A DNA stretch of 26,224 bases from Minisyncoccota bacterium. Lineage in GTDB: Bacteria; Patescibacteriota; Minisyncoccia; Phycocordibacterales; CSBR16-193. Below the pieces are notes generated by a model. It had not been told where the DNA came from. It did not search any database and worked only from the letters and a program-made list of their open reading frames with translations. Made by a program: the position numbers and the translations under genes. This document shows, piece after piece, positions 7,233-15,970 of this stretch. Each line of letters begins with the position of its first letter. Position 1 is the stretch's first letter. The stretch lies in the NCBI GenBank assembly GCA_040880645.1, contig JBBDHZ010000144.1, forward strand, positions 1-26,224, read 5' to 3'.

Positions 7233-9006
7233 ATAGCTCCGAAGTAAATGACTCGAGTTCTTCGCGAGTGAATTTCCGTGCCTTGACGAGCAAAGTCTGT
7301 GCGCTCGTCATTTTTACCCCAGCCGTATGGCCCGGATCTGCGAAGCACTCCAGTTCACGTTGAAGTGGAATCGTGTTATGGCGGTCTCGGCTGATGAGGA
7401 CCATCGGCGAGTGCGTTTTGGAGGACCATTTCTCGAATGCTTCGATGCAATCCGAGTGCTTCTTTCCGCGAATTGCCGCGATCTCAACACCTGCGGATTC
7501 GTGACGCCCGTGAATGCAGGACCTGCTGACGTTGATTGATTCGACGCTTCCGACAATTGCCAGCGCGTGAACGACATGCTCTAGTCCATCTCGTTCCTCC
7601 TGATCCCATTCATCTGCCTTTGAGGCTGGATCGATTGACTCTTTCAAAGTGGCGGCGGATGCCTTCGAGAAGTGGATGTGTTCGGCGACCGTTTGTGAAG
7701 GCAACGACCGATGATCTGACACGATCGCGGCCTGTGAAGTCGCAACAGCCGCTTGAAGCGGGCATTCAAAAAGGCAGTCCGTCGCGAGATCGGACAATTG
7801 ATCAAGTTCGTCATTCACCCACTTCACGACAGCGGGCACCATTGCGCCTGGAAGCCGGGGGTCGGTCGAGACGCCGGCGAATGAGAAGACGCTTGCATCT
7901 TCTAGCGGTAGCGTTCGATCCGTCGGGTCTGGCACGACCGTTCTTGGATTGCGAATCTCGAATGCATGGAAACACTCCCCCATCTCCCTGAAGACTGCAT
8001 CCTTGCACGTTCGCAAGGCGGTCGAGTTGCGAATGCGAGCACCGGATGTGGTGAACGTCGACGGACAAGCACGCATGTCAAAAGGGGCGCGTGGGCCAAG
8101 AATCACGCTTGAGCAACCATAATCGCCATTTCGCGTGGGCGTGAGTGAACTGGCAGTGCATGCCATTAGAATCGCGACGTCGTTTCGATTGACGAAGGGA
8201 AACATCGTATCGGTGAGAAACTCCCGTGCAGCGGACAGAAAGGTATCGTCATTTGGGCGACGGTTATGCTGAAGCACAAATACCCAGTTAAGACTTTGCT
8301 GGCCTCCGCGGGAACTGCATGTGTCGTTGAATCGTTCCAGTAGTATCGCGGGAGCTGTACTTCCGTTTTCGCGACCAATCCAGTCGTAACAGAGAGCGGA
8401 AAAGAAATGGCACGGGAGGCCATCGTCAAAAGTAGCCCGAAAGAGGTGCAACGCTCGCCCTCTGAACATGCGTTGATGCGTGTCGCACGATTCTGGCCAC
8501 GAGGGAGAAAGCTTCGGCTGCAGCCACATCACAATGCCGTCCTCGCTCTTGACGATTGTCACTGAAGTGTTGATCCAAAAGTCGGCCGGAATATTGATAG
8601 GAGCGTTTGCACCCGCGACGTTTACATCTACATCATTGAGATTGGCTATAGATGCGAAGTCCTCCACTGAGAGACCGGTTACCCCTCCTACACAGACTGT
8701 CGAGCGTGAGATCGCTGCAGAGAGCATGGCGTTCTTCAGGCGTTGTACACCGGCTATTCCCGGGATCGAAAACTCAGGAAAGACAATGAATTGCGGGTCG
8801 TAGCTTCTGGCGGCACCGAACACACAATCGATACCTTGGAGAAGTCGGGACTCGCACTCGCTTGAGATTGGAAACGGTTCTTGAACCGGCTCCCTGAACG
8901 ATATGAAGGGCTGTGCGCAGACTACGCGTACCCTCTCGCTGGGCAGCGTAATGGGAAGGTCTTCTTCGATGACGGAAATCGTCTGTTGGGACATCGATCT
9001 GGCCAC
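7204..9006 (-). CDS. Nitrilase-superfamily (CN-hydrolase)-like protein with ~270-aa uncharacterised C-terminal domain
   Basis: 600 aa. Glu-Lys-Cys triad motifs in the expected order and spacing: ...DPQFIVFPEFSIPG (Glu), ...WLQPKLSPSW (Lys), ...FFSALCYDWIGRENG (nucleophile Cys in the ICYD-type motif). Start overlaps the stop of the upstream DUF499 gene (TAGTG). Its stop overlaps the SbcC-like start. Confidence 0.6.
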   Translation of the reverse strand: MARSMSQQTISVIEEDLPITLPSERVRVVCAQPFISFREPVQEPFPISSECESRLLQGIDCVFGAARSYDPQFIVFPEFSIPGIAGVQRLKNAMLSAAISRSTVCVGGVTGLSVEDFASIANLNDVDVNVAGANAPINIPADFWINTSVTIVKSEDGIVMWLQPKLSPSWPESCDTHQRMFRGRALHLFRATFDDGLPCHFFSALCYDWIGRENGSTAPAILLERFNDTCSSRGGQQSLNWVFVLQHNRRPNDDTFLSAAREFLTDTMFPFVNRNDVAILMACTASSLTPTRNGDYGCSSVILGPRAPFDMRACPSTFTTSGARIRNSTALRTCKDAVFREMGECFHAFEIRNPRTVVPDPTDRTLPLEDASVFSFAGVSTDPRLPGAMVPAVVKWVNDELDQLSDLATDCLFECPLQAAVATSQAAIVSDHRSLPSQTVAEHIHFSKASAATLKESIDPASKADEWDQEERDGLEHVVHALAIVGSVESINVSRSCIHGRHESAGVEIAAIRGKKHSDCIEAFEKWSSKTHSPMVLISRDRHNTIPLQRELECFADPGHTAGVKMTSAQTLLVKARKFTREELESFTSELFDVSERRII

Positions 9007-12000
9007 TATTCCTCTTCAAATCCTAGATTGTCGAATTTCAGTGTTCGGCAGTTTTCGGTGACGGTGCGGACGACGTTGTCGGGGACGCCTTCGGGAATTC
9101 GGACTTCGATGTCGAGGGTGACTTCGGCTTTAGCGCCCTGAAGGCCGGCGAGGTGACTCAAGACTTCTTCTGCGATGCGACCGGCGTCTCGGCCGAGACG
9201 TGTGGCGTCGAGGGTTACCTGGCCGTAGAAACGTTTCGGCTTGGCTGGCGGTGGCTCGATCGGATGTGTTCCGCCGGTGATGGTCGTGCCAGTGACCGTT
9301 GCGCCGCCGGGAGTTGGACCGGCGACCGGTGTTGTGCCGGTCCCGGTGGTTGTCGCGGCTGCCGCAGCGGCTGCAAGTTGAGCGGCCGCGATGCTGGGCT
9401 TGACGACCAAGCTTGAGTGGTCGGCGGTGACTCGCGTCATTCGACCAGCGGTCAGCCCAATGTACCGATTCCGATCGGCATCGAAATCTTGAGCGTAGGC
9501 GAATCCGTCGTCGGCCCATGTGAGCATCGAGATTCCCTGCTCGATCGAGGCAATGACGACGCGATCATTCTTCAGGCGTGGAAGATACAGATACTGGGCG
9601 AAGTCCTCGCACAATTGCTTGACCAGGACATGATTACCCCGCCAGAGCGGAATGTCGTCAAGCACCATACGCAGCAGGTTGCTGCCGTAAACCGTGACCA
9701 ACGCTCCCTGATCGGCGAGTTTCTTTGCGGCCCGCTCGGCAATGGAATCGGAGCCGCGAAGTCGGAATGCCTCGTAGCTGACCGGCTCGCTGGACTTGAG
9801 TTGAGTCGGCACAATCAGCCAGCAATACGTTTCGCTGAGACGTTGGCCGATGACGCCTTCCCACTCTTTTCGTTTAGCGTCGGCGGTGCGGATCTGCGAC
9901 TGATTCAAGTCCAGCTCTTCCCGTTTTGTGTAGATGGCATCCCACGCCATGCTCCAGCGGACGGCGTCTTCCAACTCTGTCAGCCGCGTGTGATCGGGTG
10001 CCGCGAAGACCAGCATGTTTCGATAGATGCGAGGCCCGGAGCCACGGGAGTTAAGATACGCCTCGGCTTGCTTCACGGCGCGTGAATCGGTGCTGGCCGA
10101 CGTGTGCGTATCGGCCGGTTGGAGAATGACTAGCCGAGCGGACGATTCATCGACGACCTCGGATGGCGCGGACGGGCAGGGATGGACGCGCTCAAAGTCG
10201 GCCTTGTCCTTCTCGGTGGTTTTAATGAGCTTGGTAATCCGTTCGTGAACGGCGTCGTTGCTGAAGTCCTCTTTGCGTGATTCGGCGTCACGGCTGATAT
10301 TCTGAGCGGGATCGTAGTAGGTGCGTTCGCCATCGGTGTGCAGGTATTTTGCTTTGTTCTGCAACCGCCTTAGTGCATCGCCGAACGTGGCGGTACTTTC
10401 GCCGGGCTGAACGCAGCCGAGGTTGATCTGGCGGATGTCTTTGCCGCGGTTCGCGGTTCCACGCATCGGTGCGGTGCCAAGGAACACCGTTCGAGCAACC
10501 CGCCGAGCTGCCGAAAAACGACCCAGGTTCGAGTTTTCGCGGTCAATCGAAAGTGGCGTGGAATCAGGGCCGTCCACGTCGGCTTCCACAATCACCGGCC
10601 ATGATGGCTCCAGATAACGGATTAACTCCTTGGTTACAGTTGGCTGATGCAGGGGTAACATACCGGGAAGAATCATCAGGTTCTGGTCGCCCTGCTCCCA
10701 CAGCTCGTGAATCACGGCGGCCATCAAACGCAAGACACCACGCGTGCGTTGAAACCGGTCGAGAGTCGACCATTCGGTGTAGAGCCGATCGAACAGGTCC
10801 GGGTGAATCGGGAACGCCGCCTTCATACGCTTTTCGTAGTCGGCGGATCCGGCGTCCGCGGGAAAATCCTTCCCGCCCGCTCGATAAGTTTCGATGAATG
10901 CCCGGACAACCGTATCTCGCTGGCGAAACAAATCGTCGGACACGATTGGCTTGAACAGTCGGCGGCGGACGATTTCAAAGCCTTCTTCGCTGCTGGCCGG
11001 CTGCCACGTGGCTTCTTTGCGTGCCACGACGTTCTCCAGTCGGTTCAGTGCTTCCTTGCCGGCCGTGCCCCCCAGCTCGATGTCAGATGACGGGATACTG
11101 ACGACAACAAAGGTATTCTTCGAGTCGGCCGCAGCTTCCGTCAGTGCTTGAGCGAACGTGAATTGCGTGTCGAAGCTGCCGGCCGGCAGATCATGCTTCT
11201 CGTAAAGTTGACGAGCGTAGGCAATCCATTCGTCGATCAGAATCAAACACGGACCAGCCATATCGAACAGCTTGATTAGCGAGCGGCCGGGATTCGTGCC
11301 GCTTTCGTCCGCCTGACGCACGAGTTCGTAGCCCTTCTTGCCGGCCAATTGCCACGCCATCTCCCCCCACAGAGTCCTGACTTTGGTTCCGTCCGGCATC
11401 TTGTGGACTTCGCCTGGCGACATGTACTGGCCGACCAACACACTGCGTTTCACCGTGGGGAGTTCCTCGATGCCCAATGCGGAAATCAGATCATCCACGT
11501 TGGGAAGCTGGCTGACCGGAGTGCCGGAGAACAGGTGGAACAGAGCCAGTAACGAGTGCGTCTTGCCGCCACCGAAGTTGGTTTGCAAAGCGACCACTGG
11601 GTCGCCCTTGCCTTGAACGAGCCGCTTCAGTGAATTGGTCAGCAGGTCTCGTAGCCCTTGAGTCAAATAGGTGCGGCGGAAGAACTCGACGGGATCGCCG
11701 TACTCGGCAGCGGCCCGGTTCGTGTAAACCTGATTGAGGTCGGCGGCAAACTCGGCCTGCTGGTAATTGCCGGAAGCTACGTCATCGTGCGGTTCGATGA
11801 TGTCACGCCACGAGGGCAAACCGCTGGCGGGACTTCCTTCGGTTGCTCCGGCGGCTCGACGTTTAGCATCGTGCCGAGTCTGCTCGGCCAGCTTCAACCG
11901 CATGATCTCCATCTTCTGCTGGTTGATGGCCAACGCGATGTCGCCTGCCGACACCGCTTCCAGAAGCCGTTCCATGCTGTCCATCGCCCGGTACGTATCG

Positions 12001-12299
12001 TCAGACGAGAAAGTTTTCTCGTGCGCCCATTTGTTGCGGACGTCGCGCAGCTCAGAGACGATACTCCGCTCGGCGTGGCCTAGCGTTTTGCGGAAAACCA
12101 GGTTCCAGGTTTCCCACATCGCAGCCAGATAGGCCCATGTGTCCCAGTCTTCGCCCGGATTGAAACGGAGTGTTTCGGCAACCTGCTTCTTCCAGTCGTC
12201 ACCGTAATGCGATTTCAGTTCACGTTCCACGAACGGACTGATGCCGTTTCGGAACAGCGTGATTGCCTCGCCAATTTTTTCTCGGTTGCTTTTTGCCAT
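9006..12299 (-). CDS. DUF499-family P-loop ATPase with N-terminal Swt1-like HEPN domain
   Basis: 1097 aa. N-terminal HEPN motif ...RDVRNKWAHEKTF (R-x4-H). Walker A ...LQTNFGGGKTHSLLAL. Walker B ...CLILIDEWIAY. Ala/Thr/Gly-rich linker near the C-terminus. Sits close to the DUF1156 methyltransferase gene. Confidence 0.8.
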   Translation of the reverse strand: MAKSNREKIGEAITLFRNGISPFVERELKSHYGDDWKKQVAETLRFNPGEDWDTWAYLAAMWETWNLVFRKTLGHAERSIVSELRDVRNKWAHEKTFSSDDTYRAMDSMERLLEAVSAGDIALAINQQKMEIMRLKLAEQTRHDAKRRAAGATEGSPASGLPSWRDIIEPHDDVASGNYQQAEFAADLNQVYTNRAAAEYGDPVEFFRRTYLTQGLRDLLTNSLKRLVQGKGDPVVALQTNFGGGKTHSLLALFHLFSGTPVSQLPNVDDLISALGIEELPTVKRSVLVGQYMSPGEVHKMPDGTKVRTLWGEMAWQLAGKKGYELVRQADESGTNPGRSLIKLFDMAGPCLILIDEWIAYARQLYEKHDLPAGSFDTQFTFAQALTEAAADSKNTFVVVSIPSSDIELGGTAGKEALNRLENVVARKEATWQPASSEEGFEIVRRRLFKPIVSDDLFRQRDTVVRAFIETYRAGGKDFPADAGSADYEKRMKAAFPIHPDLFDRLYTEWSTLDRFQRTRGVLRLMAAVIHELWEQGDQNLMILPGMLPLHQPTVTKELIRYLEPSWPVIVEADVDGPDSTPLSIDRENSNLGRFSAARRVARTVFLGTAPMRGTANRGKDIRQINLGCVQPGESTATFGDALRRLQNKAKYLHTDGERTYYDPAQNISRDAESRKEDFSNDAVHERITKLIKTTEKDKADFERVHPCPSAPSEVVDESSARLVILQPADTHTSASTDSRAVKQAEAYLNSRGSGPRIYRNMLVFAAPDHTRLTELEDAVRWSMAWDAIYTKREELDLNQSQIRTADAKRKEWEGVIGQRLSETYCWLIVPTQLKSSEPVSYEAFRLRGSDSIAERAAKKLADQGALVTVYGSNLLRMVLDDIPLWRGNHVLVKQLCEDFAQYLYLPRLKNDRVVIASIEQGISMLTWADDGFAYAQDFDADRNRYIGLTAGRMTRVTADHSSLVVKPSIAAAQLAAAAAAATTTGTGTTPVAGPTPGGATVTGTTITGGTHPIEPPPAKPKRFYGQVTLDATRLGRDAGRIAEEVLSHLAGLQGAKAEVTLDIEVRIPEGVPDNVVRTVTENCRTLKFDNLGFEEE

Positions 12300-12310
12300 T
12301 GGTTGGTTTT

Positions 12311-12502
12311 CTATTCCGGTCGCTCTCGCAGGAACGAACGCGGGGTTCGAACCTCGAAGGCCAGCGACCGTTGAAAGTCATTCGGAAGTTCAAGCAGATC
12401 CAGGTCGTTGGTGATTAAATAGCTGGCACGCCTCGCCGCTGCGGTATCGAGGAATACGTTGGTGTCGAGGACCACGGCAGTGCGTTGCTTTCGGGGAACC
12501 AT
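12311..12502 (-). CDS. PIN-domain (VapC-like) toxin remnant, internally truncated
   Basis: 63 aa. N-terminal PIN signature VVLDTNVFLD is joined directly to the C-terminal signature ASYLITNDLDLLEL...TPRSFL. The ~70 central residues of a normal ~130-aa PIN protein are missing. Immediately downstream of an RHH-like gene. Confidence 0.45.
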   Translation of the reverse strand: MVPRKQRTAVVLDTNVFLDTAAARRASYLITNDLDLLELPNDFQRSLAFEVRTPRSFLRERPE

Positions 12503-12514
12503 TCAGCGGCCGCC

Positions 12515-12745
12515 TTACTTCGTGTCCTTACGACGGTAATGACGAACAGCGTCTTCCGACTCGCTGATGCGGAACGGTGCCCGCCGGGCGGCGGTCGAGG
12601 ACCGCTCCAACAGTTCTTCATCCGTGAATTGCTGAATGTAGTCGCGAAGCACTTGCTGCGCGAGATTCTCCGGCGTCTTCTTTTGCCTCTCGGCAACGGC
12701 GACGAATTCGTCCCATAAACCTTTATGGATGTTCAACTCGGGCAT
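12515..12745 (-). CDS. Ribbon-helix-helix (CopG-like) antitoxin-like protein
   Basis: 76 aa. N-terminal pattern LNIHKGLWDEFVAVAERQKKTPENLAQQVLRDYI fits beta-strand + two helices of an RHH fold. The gene sits 12 nt upstream of the PIN remnant. Confidence 0.45.
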   Translation of the reverse strand: MPELNIHKGLWDEFVAVAERQKKTPENLAQQVLRDYIQQFTDEELLERSSTAARRAPFRISESEDAVRHYRRKDTK

Positions 12746-12777
12746 CGCTTAGCTCCTGTTACGTGAAGTTCTTTCGT

Positions 12778-13533
12778 TCAGAACATTTCCTGCTGCTGCG
12801 GTTGTTTATCGCGATCCTTCATGCCACGCGCCAGCCTGACAATCTCCGGCCAGCTCACGACCAAGCCGTTGTAGCTGAGGGCGTCGGCGGCTCGATGTTT
12901 GCGTTCGCAGGTGCTGTAGAGCCGGTAGGCCAATTCGCGGGCCACTTCGCCGGCTTCGCCGCCTTTGGCCTGTTGAATGTTGGCGAGCAGCTCGGCAGCG
13001 CCCGATTCGCCGTCGGATTCCAGACGGCGGATCAGGTGCTGGGTGCATTCCCAGATCGTGGACCGCCGGTCCGTTTGGGGATTCCAGTTGGCGTCGAGTT
13101 CCTCGCGCTTCAACAGCCGCACTTTGCCGGCGCGGCTGGCGAGGATGCCAGCTTCGACAACGCCGCTGACAGAGACGGCCATTGCCTTGGCCAGCGTCTC
13201 GGCATCGCCGAAGGGGCCGTCGGTCATGCCGTACTGTTCGAACCAGCGGACGGCGAAGCGGGTTTCGGCATCGAAATCGGCTTCCTGTTCGTGCAGCGCT
13301 TCGTCCAGCACCTGATTGATCATCTGCAGCGCTTCGCGGACGGACATTGGCGAGCCATCGGCATTGACCACCTGCTTGTAGCGGCTGAACACCGCCATCC
13401 CGGGCCCGATCGAAGCCTGAGCCAGATCTACTGGAGCAACGTTGCCCGATTGCAGGTGTTTGATCGCTTCGGGAAGTTCTTGGCGTAGGGCGTTGGCAAA
13501 GTCGCGACGGGTGACCGTGGAAGCCGTCGCTCG
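12778..13533 (-). CDS. C-terminal ~250 aa of the DUF1156 methyltransferase (continuation after in-frame TGA)
   Basis: Track ORF 12778..13398 (MAVFSRYKQ...LAYRLYSTCERKHRAADALSYNGLVVSWPEI...). By hand translation the same frame is open back to the TGA at 13534-13536 (...RATASTVTRRDFANALRQELPEAIKHLQSGNVAPVDLAQASIGPG-MAVFSRY...). This is contiguous with the upstream ORF. Confidence 0.7.
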   Translation of the reverse strand, partial: RATASTVTRRDFANALRQELPEAIKHLQSGNVAPVDLAQASIGPGMAVFSRYKQVVNADGSPMSVREALQMINQVLDEALHEQEADFDAETRFAVRWFEQYGMTDGPFGDAETLAKAMAVSVSGVVEAGILASRAGKVRLLKREELDANWNPQTDRRSTIWECTQHLIRRLESDGESGAAELLANIQQAKGGEAGEVARELAYRLYSTCERKHRAADALSYNGLVVSWPEIVRLARGMKDRDKQPQQQEMF

Positions 13534-15744
13534 TCATTTTCGACATACGAGAATGATTGACGATGCTAGAGCATTGGTTCCCATCCCGACACTGCGTGAT
13601 TCTCTCTCCGTTCTCATTGGCCATGTCCCGGATATGGCGAAGCCACTTCGAATCAATCCGGCTAGCATCGTCTCCCAGCCGGTTGATGACACTCCAAGAC
13701 CATCCACCGTCTTCGAGGTTTCCGCTTGTTTGAATGCATAGAAAATCGTCGCGGGATATTCATCCAATGCGACGTCATTTATGTGAGTGAACACAATTCC
13801 CAGACCATCCTCAAAAAACGTCTGTGCGTTTCGTTTGCTGCCTCCGTGGCGATGGGATGCCGCAATCAATTCGGGTCCTTTCGGAGTCAATACTGTCGAA
13901 AGTAGATTTGGATAGATTCGTGAGAGGCACCGGCGCAGCCAGATGTAGAAAAAGTCACTCAGGTCAGCGTAGCCAATGTTGTCGTAATACGGCGGATCGG
14001 TACACACCATAGCGCCGGTCACCCGAAGAGAAGTTGAAGCGTCAACTTGACTTGCAGAACCCGGTGCGCACGGACCTGCTGCTTCAATTACTTTGGAAAT
14101 CCCGCGAAGCGATACAGTCAGGTCCCCGGCAGCTCCAACGAAGGGATTCACTTCGGCGAAATACCAGATCATTGGCATGGCCTGTTTTGAAAATGCGTGA
14201 CCGGCCTGATTTCGCTGCATGATCCACGTGACAAGTGTTGAGTTGTAGTCCGTCATTTTGCTAATTCCCAACGCCAAGTAAGTGGCGACTGCGTCCGAGT
14301 ACGCATCTCCTCGGGCGCGGTCACTTTCTTGATGTTTGTGAATCAGCGAACGTGCTTCACCCACCAGCTCGGAAAACTCGGTCAACATGCGCAGTTGGCG
14401 GCGGGTAAAAACGTCGGCGAACGTCGTCAATCCGTACAATGGTGGAGAGAACCATCGCTTATCGTCTGTGATTGCCTGCTCCGCGAATGCGACGTCCATT
14501 TCGAAGTCTTGCGGAATAGAGACTGCGTCCGAGTCAACATAGATTCTGCTACCACCAGCATCGCAACAAACGCCAATCTGAACGGCGTCGGTACCGGTTT
14601 CACTGGCTATGTCCCGTAACTGCTGCTTTGTTAACGCCCTTTCGCAGAACAGGCACGTTGCTCCACTTCGGGATGACGTTGGATCCGGCACCTTGCCGTT
14701 TCGACGGACTCGAAATGAAAGCTGCTCTCCACTGACTACTGGATCGGCAAATGTCTCCTGGCCTTTCTTAATTGACAACCAGAAACTCGGCAGCAGGGGT
14801 GTCCTTTTGCGGCACGCAGGATTCGGGCACTCAATCGTTCTTGCCCATAGCCAAGCGATGACGTTCAGCTCCTTCCCGATATACGGCTCCAAATCGGGCC
14901 GGTCGGCCGCCATCTCGTCGATGACTTTCACTTTGGGATACAGGTGGCCGATGCGTTTCTCCGCTTCATCCCGCATCCATTGGCCGTAGTACCGCACGTC
15001 GTCGGCCAGTCCCTGTGCTCCGTGCCAGATCTTAGATTTCAAATTTCCGATTTGAGATTCGGGATTGACCGGCGGCAGGCCGGCGAATTTCGGCGGGATC
15101 TCGATCAGAGCCTTGTTGATCAGCACCGGCACTGGGTTCAGGTCACTGGCATGGGCCCGCAGCCCGAGTCGCTGGGCCTCCAGCGGGATCGAACCGCCAC
15201 CGGCAAACGGATCGAGCACCGGCGGAGCGTAATGAGCCAGAAAGTGATTGACCTGTTCCGGCCGCAGCGACGGCATTTTGAACCGCACGTCGTACGGCGT
15301 GTACTCCGGCGGCGGATCGGGCAGGTATTTTTCTTGTTCGTCCGGCAGCTTCGGGGCATTGGCGACGAGCGGCGTATCGTCCTTCAGCTCCTTGTCTGCC
15401 ACCTTGTTGGCGGCGATGCTGCGGGCGATCTCCAGCCGGGCCGCGTTGATGACTCGCGGATTGTTGCTGTTCTCCCACTTGACCAGTTCCTCGATCAGAT
15501 TGAACAGTTTTGCCCTCTCGGTGTACGCGATATCCTTGTCGATCCCGTACATCGGATCGTCTTCCGGATCGTTCACCAGCGACGAAAACAGCACGGCGCG
15601 ACAAGCCGCCAGCGGCCGCCTCGCCCACCACAAGTGGAGCGTGGACGGATGCCCATGTCGAATTGACTTTTCACGGGCCGATTCCTTGTTGATCGCTTCC
15701 AGCGGCAACGCCACCTCGATCAGCTTTTTGCGGTACTTGGTCAT
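13534..15744 (-). CDS. DUF1156-family Zn-ribbon N6-adenine (or N4-cytosine) DNA methyltransferase, N-terminal 736 aa (interrupted by in-frame TGA)
   Basis: N-terminus LIEVALPLEAINKESAREKSIRHGHPSTLHLWWARRPLAACRAV is the DUF1156 signature. AdoMet motif I LDPFAGGGSIPLEAQRLG. Cys4 Zn-ribbon CPNPACRK...CLFCER. Motif IV TDPPYYD. Ends ...ILVCRK-stop with conserved sequence continuing in frame. Confidence 0.85.
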   Translation of the reverse strand: MTKYRKKLIEVALPLEAINKESAREKSIRHGHPSTLHLWWARRPLAACRAVLFSSLVNDPEDDPMYGIDKDIAYTERAKLFNLIEELVKWENSNNPRVINAARLEIARSIAANKVADKELKDDTPLVANAPKLPDEQEKYLPDPPPEYTPYDVRFKMPSLRPEQVNHFLAHYAPPVLDPFAGGGSIPLEAQRLGLRAHASDLNPVPVLINKALIEIPPKFAGLPPVNPESQIGNLKSKIWHGAQGLADDVRYYGQWMRDEAEKRIGHLYPKVKVIDEMAADRPDLEPYIGKELNVIAWLWARTIECPNPACRKRTPLLPSFWLSIKKGQETFADPVVSGEQLSFRVRRNGKVPDPTSSRSGATCLFCERALTKQQLRDIASETGTDAVQIGVCCDAGGSRIYVDSDAVSIPQDFEMDVAFAEQAITDDKRWFSPPLYGLTTFADVFTRRQLRMLTEFSELVGEARSLIHKHQESDRARGDAYSDAVATYLALGISKMTDYNSTLVTWIMQRNQAGHAFSKQAMPMIWYFAEVNPFVGAAGDLTVSLRGISKVIEAAGPCAPGSASQVDASTSLRVTGAMVCTDPPYYDNIGYADLSDFFYIWLRRCLSRIYPNLLSTVLTPKGPELIAASHRHGGSKRNAQTFFEDGLGIVFTHINDVALDEYPATIFYAFKQAETSKTVDGLGVSSTGWETMLAGLIRSGFAISGTWPMRTERESRSVGMGTNALASSIILVCRK

Positions 15745-15780
15745 TTTGGGTTTTGGATTTTCGATTTTGGATTGGGAACC
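15745..15780. promoter_or_regulatory. A-rich direct repeats (minus-strand AATCCAAAA-TCGA-AAATCCAAAA-CCCAAA) immediately 5' of the methyltransferase ATG
   Basis: Read directly. The + strand shows TTTTGGATT x2. There is no obvious Shine-Dalgarno. Candidate translational enhancer or regulator site. Confidence 0.25.
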
Positions 15781-15896
15781 ACTGCCAGAACTCCGGGATT
15801 TGGGTCAGAAGTGGTCATAGCCCTTGTAGCGCATCTCCCCGTATGCATGTGACTTGCGTCGAATTCCAATTTCGAGGCAAGGCAGGATTCAGGCTC

Positions 15897-15924
15897 TTTT
15901 GGGTCATAGCGGGTCATAGAACGG
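15897..15924. repeat. Tandem direct repeat GGGTCATAG(C/A) x2, with a related TGGGTCA..GGTCATAG copy at 15801-15820
   Basis: Read directly. Lies upstream of the methyltransferase gene on the minus strand. Confidence 0.3.
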
Positions 15925-15970
15925 CCCCCAGTTGGCGGTTTGATTGTGTGCGGCAGGAAAGCGGATCTCC

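Noticed and set aside
7204-9006. 600-aa partner as SbcD/Mre11 nuclease
   Set aside because: No calcineurin-like phosphoesterase motifs (D-x-H, GDxxD, GNH[D/E]) are present. Nitrilase-type E/K/C motifs are present instead.
9417-10085. Long plus-strand ORFs (e.g. 9417..10085, 16543..17340, 23503..24399, 24403..25332, 14944..15666) and minus ORFs 12806..13624, 15143..15631
   Set aside because: All lie antisense to or out of frame within strongly supported large genes. Their translations are Arg/Ser/Gly-rich low-complexity typical of shadow ORFs in GC-rich DNA.
13534-13536. TGA as selenocysteine or programmed readthrough in the methyltransferase
   Set aside because: No SECIS-like hairpin is apparent downstream. 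The position aligns with a conserved Arg in my recollection of the family (CGA to TGA). A second unrelated in-frame stop (TAA) exists nearby. Decay or error is the simpler explanation.
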